Both the position numbers and the translations under genes were made by a program. Positions 1 through 8,135 of a stretch of DNA of 32,000 bases are shown in pieces. The stretch's first letter is position 1, and each line of letters opens with the position of its first letter. Origin of the DNA: an uncultured archaeon (GTDB lineage: Archaea > Asgardarchaeota > Thorarchaeia > Thorarchaeales > Thorarchaeaceae); contig CAZYLT010000001.1 in the NCBI GenBank assembly GCA_964648855.1, forward strand, positions 90,001 through 122,000, written 5' to 3'. The notes below the pieces were generated by a model. That model saw only the letters and a list, made by a program, of their open reading frames with translations, ran no database searches and was not told the origin of the DNA.

Positions 1-953
1 ATTGCAAGTTTTTCTTCCAAATCACGAATTTCCTGAACTAAGCGTCTATTAGAGTCCTCTAGTTTGCTCAGACGGCGCTCTTCTTCCTCTATTCGTGCAG
101 TGGTTTTTCCAATCTCCAACTGGTTTTTCTGGAGTGACTGGTTCACTAACTCCAATCTGTCTTGCAGGTCTGAAATGAGAGATTCAACAGTTGAGTATTC
201 TTCTAGAACCGACCCTAGTCCCTCTTCTTTCTCTTCTATCTCTAGTCGAATTTCATCTATTCTAGTATCCAAGTCCTTCAAGAGAGCCCATTTGTGCTCT
301 AGCTCAAGCTCTTTCTCTTCTTTCTGTAACCGTCGTTTCTTCTCTAACCTTTCAATATCATGTCCTAAGAACTCTAGTTCCTTTTCAACGACTTGTGCCT
401 CGCTCTTGGCAGATCCCAGATTTTCACTACTCTGAGATACTCTTGATTCTTCAAGACTTATACGGTTTCGCAGTTCGTCAAGACCGGTTCCTTCCTCTAC
501 CAGCTTTCGAACCTCTACTGGATCCATATTACGAAGAGCATTAATTCGTTCTTGAGGCATGAACACAAGAGGATTATCTGGGTCAAAACCGAGCGTTTCC
601 ACCAATTGATGCATCTCGGATGCCTTCACTCTCCTACCATCAATGTATGCTCGAGGAATGCCATCACGGCTGATTTTTCTTTCAAATCTACGTGATTGCC
701 CATTGACCTTGGCTACGAGTTCTACCGTACCAGAAGAGGCACCATGCCGCACAAAATCACTCCATTTCGAATATCTCCGTTCGCGTTGATTAGAGCCCAA
801 TGCAAATTTGATGGCATGGAAAATCGACGTTTTTCCGGAGCCATTCGGACCGACCACTACTGTAAGACCTTTGTCAAGCTCTACGGTACCCTCGTAGAAT
901 GACAAGAAATTCTTCAGCCGTACTGACTCAATATGCACATCAGTTTGATTCAA
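1..953 (-). CDS. SMC-superfamily ATPase, SMC5/6-like (N-terminal head plus start of coiled coil; runs off the left edge)
   Basis: Not in the ORF track because there is no stop in the window. Manual translation from TTG at 953 (GAGGT RBS upstream): LNQTDVHIESVRLKNFLSF...VVVGPNGSGKTSIFHAIKFALGS (Walker A), NPLVFMPQERI (Q-loop), then a long E/K/L-rich heptad coiled coil. Confidence 0.9.
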   Translation of the reverse strand, partial: MNQTDVHIESVRLKNFLSFYEGTVELDKGLTVVVGPNGSGKTSIFHAIKFALGSNQRERRYSKWSDFVRHGASSGTVELVAKVNGQSRRFERKISRDGIPRAYIDGRRVKASEMHQLVETLGFDPDNPLVFMPQERINALRNMDPVEVRKLVEEGTGLDELRNRISLEESRVSQSSENLGSAKSEAQVVEKELEFLGHDIERLEKKRRLQKEEKELELEHKWALLKDLDTRIDEIRLEIEEKEEGLGSVLEEYSTVESLISDLQDRLELVNQSLQKNQLEIGKTTARIEEEERRLSKLEDSNRRLVQEIRDLEEKLA

Positions 954-966
954 CTCGATCGTAACC

Positions 967-2037
967 TCATCTTCCAAGTAGTCTATCTAAACGATCTTTA
1001 CTTCGCTTTGCTCGTAATAATCTCGTCAGTTTCTCATCAGTAGAGCCAGTCAAAAGAAAGGGGTATTGACTTAGAAACTCACGGTCCTCTGGAGTTAAAG
1101 GAAGGTTGGAGTTCAGAGTTTCTATTACCTGTTGTGTCCGATGAAAATTGTCGCCCACCGCCATTAGGTATAGCTGGTCCAGGAACTCATCAGGATATTC
1201 TTCTGATAAGCGCTCATAAGGGGGATGAAATTCACCTTCAGCTTTCTGAGCAATGTCATCAATCACCTGTTTCCTACCAAGTGGAATGAGTCCGGCCTCC
1301 TCAATCATCTTCTCAAGCTCACCTTTTGTATAATCGCTCTTCTCATCGAGAGGATTTCTAACGAGAAAAGATGCTAGGTGAGTAATGTCTGAGAAAGCCC
1401 AGCCTTCAGTGACTTGAGCTAAAAGCGCAGGGTCAGCTGAAGAACCAGCCAAGACCTTTTCCAAGACTCGAACCCTATCCTCCAGGGTCGGTGATTGGAA
1501 TACATAGGTTTGCTCAAATAGAATTAGCGCATCTCTATCGATGGCCTTTGGATTACTGGTCTGACATATAACCAGTATTTCATCATCGTTCCATGAGCAG
1601 TTCTTCATCTCCAGTGAGAGAACAGCGGCCTGATTCGTATTGCTTTCCGCCAGAAGTTCTAGGCGTTCGATATACAACATTGCTGGCGAGTTCCGCTTTG
1701 CGAATTCGAAACCAGTTCGGATCATTTCAGGCAAACGTTCAGAAGACTCCAACATGTCTTCAAATCTGAATCTTAGGAGCCTGAGAGGAATTTCAGTAGA
1801 TATATGGTGAACAAATGACATGAAGTCAGTTCCCGGAGGGCCGATGAGTAGAGTCTTTCCACTGAATTCGAGCCCAAGTTTCTGAAGTTCGGACTGGTGT
1901 TCTTTGGCCCCCTCTAGTTCCTTCTTTAGCTTCCTCGCGTCCTCTATCACTGACTGTTGCGATATCTCCCTAGGTGGGAGCTCCTCTGGTTCTATAAGGT
2001 CAATGACCTCTGTATAAGTTTCTTCTCTGCTCAACAC
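967..2037 (-). CDS. Degenerate (probably inactive) classical AAA+ protein, PAN/CDC48-like, with C-terminal helical extension
   Basis: KTLLIGPPGTDFM (Walker A lacks GKT), FEFAKRNSPAMLYIERLE (Walker B altered), TSNPKAIDRDALILFE (SRH without Arg fingers), PTLEDRVRVL and TEGWAFSDI lid motifs. Start is probably GTG 2037 or TTG 2034 rather than 2133. Confidence 0.8.
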   Translation of the reverse strand: MLSREETYTEVIDLIEPEELPPREISQQSVIEDARKLKKELEGAKEHQSELQKLGLEFSGKTLLIGPPGTDFMSFVHHISTEIPLRLLRFRFEDMLESSERLPEMIRTGFEFAKRNSPAMLYIERLELLAESNTNQAAVLSLEMKNCSWNDDEILVICQTSNPKAIDRDALILFEQTYVFQSPTLEDRVRVLEKVLAGSSADPALLAQVTEGWAFSDITHLASFLVRNPLDEKSDYTKGELEKMIEEAGLIPLGRKQVIDDIAQKAEGEFHPPYERLSEEYPDEFLDQLYLMAVGDNFHRTQQVIETLNSNLPLTPEDREFLSQYPFLLTGSTDEKLTRLLRAKRSKDRLDRLLGR

Positions 2038-2189
2038 ACTACCCCACTTAGCGGCTTTTCTTAGCAATAATTGAAAGCATAATACTCCTTCGGAATGCAT
2101 GCATTTTCGCGCCTTTCGGCGGATAGAATTCATTCAAGAGCGGTTTCACCGTAGCAACCTTAAGGCTCAATCTTAAATCTGATTTCACG

Positions 2190-3908
2190 GTGTTACCAAC
2201 TGTGACCACTGCTAGTGAAGCCCTGCGAGAAACTGTGTGGAGAGTGATTAGTACAGTTGGCAGTCGGGGGCTCTTTGTACATTCAGATGAACTCGAAATA
2301 AGACATCAGGGTACGACTAGGAAGCGTGCCTCTATATCCAGACTACCATTAATTGTCGGGGCTTGTGTCCTTAATGCGTTGGTTCCTAGGTCCGCTATGC
2401 TGTTGGTGGGGGGACATGGTGGAGGCAAGACTACATTATTGAAAGTGCTTGGTCGTATATTGACTGGCAAGGGGCTTCAAGAGATTGAAGATGGCATGCT
2501 CAGAGGGCACCCTCAACTCACCGAAGAGAAGATGGTTGCAACGCTACGACCTGGGCCGCTGATGAAAGAGGGCGTAGAGGTCGTAGTTTGGCGGAGGTTT
2601 GTCACAGATTTCTGGAAAATTATCGATGAGGTGAATAGGCTAACTCCACATACTCAGAATATTCTGTTGTCAATGCTGGCTGAAGGAGAACTGAAGTATT
2701 ACGATGAAGTGAAGCGCTGTGACGAGTATTGCCTATATGCGACTATGAACCCATCGGATAGTGGGACATTTGACTTGGCACCACCGTTTCTCGATAGATT
2801 TGGTATCGCAGCACCGATTACCATGCCAACAACAGAAGACCTTGAACTAATCCTTTCTTCAAGAGATGAGAAGCTATTTGGATACGACGAATTATGGCAA
2901 GTACCAGCCTTAGCCGAAGAAGAAGACCTGCTTACTATTTGGAACTTGGCTGATAAGATTCCACTATCGGAGAATGCTTCAGAATACTTGCGTTCGATTG
3001 TAAGAGAGTTTGGTGCATGCGTACGCGTAGATAAGAGTCAATCACATAATCTGACAGCTGAAACAGGGCTTTGTGACGGATGTCACTATAACACTGCGAA
3101 GAGCGTCTGTAACAAAGTAATCATACCCTTGAGTGTACGAGCAGCAAAAGACTTGAATCGATATTCGAAGGCAGCTGCATGGTTAGTGGGAGCAACTGAG
3201 GTGAGTGTTGATATTGTGAAGTCTCTTGCACCACTTGTATTCTGGCACAGAACAACCTATTCACAGAATAATCTAGAAGCGTCACCATATTACGGGAATG
3301 CATATGAATTCACGCGCCATTTAGTTGAATTAGCATCTAGTCGATTCGCTCAACGCGAGCCAGCGTTGAAAATCCTCAAACGGCTGAAGACGGGTGAAGC
3401 TAAAGATGATGACCTAGACAAATTGAAAGAGATGGGGAAGAGTGACTTATTGGTCAGGATTGATTATCTTGACCTTGCGAGAGAGCTCAAAAAGAAACGC
3501 TACGCAAGAGTGGTAAAGCGGATTGAAAAGAGCATAGACAGTGCAAAGGTGAAGGAACTTTCCGAGCTAAAACAGTCACTGATGGATGACACGGACTTGC
3601 CAAATCGTGCAATGTTATTGAGGAAAGTTACGGACGTCTTACATTCATTGACCTTATCACAGTTTGAATTGGGATTTGAGCAGTGGCAGGACCTCTGGAC
3701 GACAGTTAGTCTGCGGTATCCGAAGATGACCAGCATCCTCAAGGAAACCCTAAGTCCTCCAAAAAGGAAAGTCCTTCGGACTGAAGATTTGACGCTAGTA
3801 GTTTATGTCACAGGGAGTTCCCCTGATTCTCCTGTGTTTCTGGAAGTTTCTGGTGGACCTGAAGCAATCTCACTGAAAGAAGATATAGAGGAACATCTCA
3901 AAAAATAA
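2190..3908 (+). CDS. MoxR-family AAA+ ATPase with Cys-rich insert and C-terminal extension
   Basis: LLVGGHGGGKTT Walker A, IIDEVNR Walker B, ATMNP sensor 1, PFLDRF, SVRA sensor 2; directly followed by a vWA gene. Confidence 0.85.
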   Translation: MLPTVTTASEALRETVWRVISTVGSRGLFVHSDELEIRHQGTTRKRASISRLPLIVGACVLNALVPRSAMLLVGGHGGGKTTLLKVLGRILTGKGLQEIEDGMLRGHPQLTEEKMVATLRPGPLMKEGVEVVVWRRFVTDFWKIIDEVNRLTPHTQNILLSMLAEGELKYYDEVKRCDEYCLYATMNPSDSGTFDLAPPFLDRFGIAAPITMPTTEDLELILSSRDEKLFGYDELWQVPALAEEEDLLTIWNLADKIPLSENASEYLRSIVREFGACVRVDKSQSHNLTAETGLCDGCHYNTAKSVCNKVIIPLSVRAAKDLNRYSKAAAWLVGATEVSVDIVKSLAPLVFWHRTTYSQNNLEASPYYGNAYEFTRHLVELASSRFAQREPALKILKRLKTGEAKDDDLDKLKEMGKSDLLVRIDYLDLARELKKKRYARVVKRIEKSIDSAKVKELSELKQSLMDDTDLPNRAMLLRKVTDVLHSLTLSQFELGFEQWQDLWTTVSLRYPKMTSILKETLSPPKRKVLRTEDLTLVVYVTGSSPDSPVFLEVSGGPEAISLKEDIEEHLKK

Positions 3909-3923
3909 TGAGTCGAATACGCA

Positions 3924-5618
3924 ATGACGGAATCGAGTCCCATATATGGCGATGTATCGAATCTAGGCAGAATTGCTTCTAGAGCGTGGAATAAAGCAAT
4001 CGCAGATTTCTACCATCCGCCGCTTCCAGACCCGGTCATAGAGCACGATTCTGAAAAGGCGAGTCATTTCTACATCGACTCAGATACGTGGACCGTTCAT
4101 CTCAATACATTTGGAGTGCCTGCTGACCTCTCTCCTGAAGACAAACTCCGCTTCTTGACCTCTATATGCCAGCATGAGATACAACACTATCTGGTATGCC
4201 CCTATGATGGAGTAAGCAACGGGATGATGTTTGCGGCTGCCAGAAGACACGTGGATGATGCATTGGCAATGCTTGCATGCAATCTCTATGCCGATCTCTT
4301 GGTCGATTCAGCCCTCTTGAATAGATTTCCGCATGAAACCCGAATGAGAATTGAGAGTTCGATTATCGATTCGAGTAACAGGATGAGAGAGCATAGTCAC
4401 ATCTGGAAAATAGTAATAGCTACGTACCATGCGGCGTGGGATTTCACAATTCCAGATGGTGTTCAGATTCTTGACAATATAGTGGACGCTGGTCGCAAAA
4501 TTGCGCGTATTAATGGTCAGCTTCACACCGAACGCGAATGGCCAAAGGCAGTGGAAGACATTGCAAAGATTCTTGCAGAATTGCAGGAAAAGGGAAACAA
4601 TCTGTTGCCGAAGGATAAGGAATCTGAAGGAGAAGGAAGCGTCGTTCTTCTTCCAGCTGATCTTGATGCCGTAATGGGTAGTCCGGTTGAGGATAGAAAT
4701 GGGGACAGGGCCAGAAAATGTATTGAGTCTGAGAGACCCTATGGAGAAGAAAAGGAACTGGAAAAGCTTGCAATGGAGGTGCAAAGGAGAAAGGGAACCT
4801 ACAAGGACTTGGAGGGCGTCTATGTGCTATCTGGTGCAGGAATAAAGGGAGGGGATTGGCTTCGATTTTGGTATAGAGCGGGGGCTAGAAGTAGACTCAG
4901 ATTTCAAGTTTCCAGTCGCGTGCGATCAGGCTCAATTCCTATCAGTCAAGACACCTGGAGGCTTGGTGACCCCCTAGAAGAACTAGACCTAGTCCAGTCA
5001 CTACAAACCTTCCCAGTCATAGTCCCAAACATGTCCACAAGAAAATGGATGAAGAGCTACACCTTTTCATCAAGAAACGAGAGCGCAATGCCGGACTTGC
5101 TCATCGTCATCGACTCGAGTGGCTCTATGACTTGGTCATTCGGAAGAGATAGAGTTTCTGGTGCGTTCCATCTCGCCCTATTGTCGGCTTTTGCTGCAGT
5201 TGATTTTGCACATCGTCAAGGGAAGAAATTGGGAGTAATAAATTTCTCAGGATCATCTCGCACCTGTGACTGGACGAGGGATAGACGGAGCATAGAAAGA
5301 ACGCTAATGCAGTACCAAGGTAGTGGAACTGTTATGCCAGTTAGAGAAATCAAGGGAATGTGCAGGAAGGCAGAATCAGAAAACTTGATTCTAGTCATTA
5401 CTGATGCACAGATTTCTAATTGGAATCCTTTTGTCAAGACTATCAAAACATTATCACGAAGGGGGCACAGTTTCTTCATCTTTCATATAGGGTCAGAAAA
5501 ATCGAGCAATGTCCATGAAAAGCTTGAGAAAGCCGGTGGTACAGTGATACAAGTGAAATCGCCAGACGACCTATTCGACTTGGTAGTTAGACAAGTAAGA
5601 GGTGTCTATTCTACCTAG
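3924..5618 (+). CDS. HExxH metallopeptidase-like plus vWA (MIDAS) domain protein, DUF2201-like MoxR partner
   Basis: HEIQH followed by NLYADLLVD in the N-terminal half; IVIDSSGSM, GSGT and VITDAQ MIDAS motifs in the C-terminal half; 15 bp after the MoxR stop. Confidence 0.85.
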   Translation: MTESSPIYGDVSNLGRIASRAWNKAIADFYHPPLPDPVIEHDSEKASHFYIDSDTWTVHLNTFGVPADLSPEDKLRFLTSICQHEIQHYLVCPYDGVSNGMMFAAARRHVDDALAMLACNLYADLLVDSALLNRFPHETRMRIESSIIDSSNRMREHSHIWKIVIATYHAAWDFTIPDGVQILDNIVDAGRKIARINGQLHTEREWPKAVEDIAKILAELQEKGNNLLPKDKESEGEGSVVLLPADLDAVMGSPVEDRNGDRARKCIESERPYGEEKELEKLAMEVQRRKGTYKDLEGVYVLSGAGIKGGDWLRFWYRAGARSRLRFQVSSRVRSGSIPISQDTWRLGDPLEELDLVQSLQTFPVIVPNMSTRKWMKSYTFSSRNESAMPDLLIVIDSSGSMTWSFGRDRVSGAFHLALLSAFAAVDFAHRQGKKLGVINFSGSSRTCDWTRDRRSIERTLMQYQGSGTVMPVREIKGMCRKAESENLILVITDAQISNWNPFVKTIKTLSRRGHSFFIFHIGSEKSSNVHEKLEKAGGTVIQVKSPDDLFDLVVRQVRGVYST

Positions 5619-5637
5619 ACTAAGACAGGTGATAGCA

Positions 5638-5657
5638 CCCAAAGTTTTATCACTTTG
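5638..5657 (+). promoter_or_regulatory. Putative BRE/TATA promoter of the nfn operon inside a CAAAGT-N6-ACTTTG inverted repeat
   Basis: CCCAAAG-TTTTATCA about 70-80 bp upstream of the ATG at 5724. Confidence 0.45.
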
Positions 5658-5723
5658 AGAGGTAGGCGTCGTTTTTGCCTACAAATCGGGAGTCGACCCT
5701 ATTCGGTTTCAGAAAGTGATGTT

Positions 5724-6566
5724 ATGTATGAAATTGTAAAGAAAAGAATACTCAATCCAGTTACAAAAATGATGGTCGTCAAAGCACCAGATGTGGCTCG
5801 GGTGTGTAAACCAGGACAATTTGTTATCATCAGGGTTAATGAAACTGGTGAACGGATTCCACTAACAGTTGCAAACTTTGACCGGGAGAAGGGCACAGTC
5901 ACAATCGTCTATCAAGAGGTCGGTAAAACAACCAAGCTGTTAGGTACGCTGGACGAAGGAGATGGAATTCTTGACTTCGTTGGCCCTTTGGGAAAACCCA
6001 CCCATACTGAAAAGCAGTATGGAACTGTAGTTGCTATTGGCGGAGGGTGCGGTTCAGCTATAGCATATCCAGTTGCTCGGGCTTTCAAGGAGGCCGGAAA
6101 CTACCTCATCACAATTAATGGAGCACGAACAATGGATTTACTGCTCTACGAGGATGAGATGGAAGATATTAGTGATGAGAAGTACATCACAACAGATGAC
6201 GGTTCGTGTGGAGTGCATGGATTTGTAACCACGGTTCTTGGAGACCTCATTGAAAAGGGCAGAAAAATAGATCTCGTTTTCGCTGTTGGGCCAGTTCCAA
6301 TGATGAAATTCGTTTCAAAGACAACCGAGAAGGCTGGAATTCCAACGATTGTTAGCCTGAATAGCATAATGGTGGATGGCACGGGTATGTGCGGTGCATG
6401 TAGAGTTCACGTAGGCGGACAGATGAAGTTCGCTTGCGTTGATGGACCTGAGTTCGACGGTCACGAGGTGGATTACGATGAACTGATGAGTAGGTTGAAT
6501 GCCTACAAAAAATACGAAGTGATTTCGCTGCAAAAATGGGAAAAGGAACACGGAGGGGAGCAGTAA
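5724..6566 (+). CDS. nfnA: Electron-bifurcating NADH-dependent reduced ferredoxin:NADP+ oxidoreductase small subunit (NfnA/SudB)
   Basis: PGQFVI, ERIPLT, GPLGKP, GPVPMMK, and MVDGTGMCGACRV...ACVDGPEF [2Fe-2S] motif with Asp ligand. Start reassigned to ATG 5724. Confidence 0.93.
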   Translation: MYEIVKKRILNPVTKMMVVKAPDVARVCKPGQFVIIRVNETGERIPLTVANFDREKGTVTIVYQEVGKTTKLLGTLDEGDGILDFVGPLGKPTHTEKQYGTVVAIGGGCGSAIAYPVARAFKEAGNYLITINGARTMDLLLYEDEMEDISDEKYITTDDGSCGVHGFVTTVLGDLIEKGRKIDLVFAVGPVPMMKFVSKTTEKAGIPTIVSLNSIMVDGTGMCGACRVHVGGQMKFACVDGPEFDGHEVDYDELMSRLNAYKKYEVISLQKWEKEHGGEQ

Positions 6567-7999
6567 TGGCAGAAGAGAAGAAACAGAGAAAGCGAAAACC
6601 CCCGACAAAGAAAGTTCCAATGCCTGAACAAAACCCGAATGTTAGAAGAAGTAATTTCGAAGAAGTTGCCTTGGGATACACTGCTGAACAGGCCATGGAA
6701 GAGGCAAGTAAATGCATACAGTGCCGTAATCCACGTTGTGTTGGAGGCTGTCCAGTTGATGTCCCGATAAAGGAATTTGTTGAACTAATTCGAGAAGGCA
6801 AATTCATGGAAGCCGCAGCAAAAATCAAGGAAACCAATAGTCTTCCCGCAATCTGCGGTAGAGTATGCCCACAGGAGACTCAATGTGAGCAAGAGTGCAT
6901 TTACGGGATTCGAAACGACCCGATAGCTATTGGACGATTAGAACGATTTGTTGCTGACCACGCACGTGCGAAAGGTGAGTCACTCCCAGAGGTTGCAGAG
7001 AAGAATGGCATGAAAGTAGCTGTGATAGGCTCAGGTCCTGCTGGACTTGCTTGTTCAGGCGACCTAATCAAGCTGGGGTATGATGTCACCATCTTTGAAG
7101 CATTCCACAAAGCAGGAGGCGTGCTCCAGTACGGAATACCACAGTTCCGCCTTCCAAAGGAAATCGTTGACGCAGAGGTTGAATATCTAGAAAGACTCGG
7201 AGTGGAGGTACGCTACAATTTCGTTGTGGGAAAAATCAGAACTGTTAAGGAATTGATGGAGGAAGATGGCTATGATGCAGTCTTTATTGGCTCGGGCGCA
7301 GGTGCCCCCAACTTCCTTCGAATCAAAGGAATGAACTTGGTGGATGTATTCTCAGCAAATGAATTACTCACGAGAACCAATCTTATGAAGGGATACAAGT
7401 TCCCCGAATATGACACGCCGGTACGGATTGGAAACAGAGTTGCGGTTATAGGAGGAGGCAATGTTGCAATGGACGCAGCAAGAACCTCTCTCAGACTCGG
7501 GGCAAAAAAGGTCTATGTCATCTATAGACGAGCAAGAGACCAGATGCCTGCTAGAGAAGAAGAAATTCACCACGCAGAGGAAGAAGGAATCATCTTTGAA
7601 TTGCTGAGAAATCCTGTCGAGATTATTGGCGACGAGAAGGGCAATGTAATTGGCATGGAATGCATCAAGATGGAACTCGGAGAACCAGACGAGTCGGGCA
7701 GAAAGCGTCCCATCTCCATCGAGGGCTCGGAATTCGTGATGGATGTAGATACAGTGGTGGTTGCTATAGGCAATTCGCCCAATCCAATAATTCCATCAAC
7801 CACCCCTGATCTTGAGGTATCCAAGTGGGGAACAATCCTCGTTGACGAAGAAACAGGGATGACTAGTGTGCCGGGAGTATTTGCAGGTGGGGACATCGTT
7901 ACAGGAGCGGCAACAGTCATCAGTGCTATGGGCGCCGGAAAGTTTGCAGCAAGGGGTATCCACTCCTATCTCACAAATGGTGAATCAGAAGGGGATTAG
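6566..7999 (+). CDS. nfnB: NfnB/SudA large subunit (GltD-like flavo-iron-sulfur protein)
   Basis: CIQCRNPRCVGGCP, CGRVCPQETQCEQEC, GSGPAG, GGGNVAMDAAR, FAGGDIVTGAATV. TAATG stop/start overlap with nfnA. Confidence 0.93.
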   Translation: MAEEKKQRKRKPPTKKVPMPEQNPNVRRSNFEEVALGYTAEQAMEEASKCIQCRNPRCVGGCPVDVPIKEFVELIREGKFMEAAAKIKETNSLPAICGRVCPQETQCEQECIYGIRNDPIAIGRLERFVADHARAKGESLPEVAEKNGMKVAVIGSGPAGLACSGDLIKLGYDVTIFEAFHKAGGVLQYGIPQFRLPKEIVDAEVEYLERLGVEVRYNFVVGKIRTVKELMEEDGYDAVFIGSGAGAPNFLRIKGMNLVDVFSANELLTRTNLMKGYKFPEYDTPVRIGNRVAVIGGGNVAMDAARTSLRLGAKKVYVIYRRARDQMPAREEEIHHAEEEGIIFELLRNPVEIIGDEKGNVIGMECIKMELGEPDESGRKRPISIEGSEFVMDVDTVVVAIGNSPNPIIPSTTPDLEVSKWGTILVDEETGMTSVPGVFAGGDIVTGAATVISAMGAGKFAARGIHSYLTNGESEGD

Positions 8000-8023
8000 T
8001 AAGAATCATCTAGATAGCGTAAT

Positions 8024-8066
8024 GATGCGGGACGTTTCTGACTCGCATCTTGCCCACTTCTTTTTT
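8024..8066 (+). terminator. Putative terminator after nfnB
   Basis: GATGCG...CGCATC stem (8024-8049) followed by TTCTTTTTT. Confidence 0.5.
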
Positions 8067-8135
8067 GAGCTCGTATAGAATATCCATCTTACTTCTGTTT
8101 GAAAGAGTTCATTAGACTCGGTTCTCCATGGAGAG

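Noticed and set aside
64-435. Ser-rich 123 aa plus-strand ORF (and 696-902)
   Set aside because: Antisense shadow of the Glu/Lys-rich SMC coiled coil and head on the minus strand.
6536-7999. Glutamate synthase small subunit (gltD) call
   Set aside because: Coupled to an NfnA/SudB gene and no gltB is present, so NfnB fits better.
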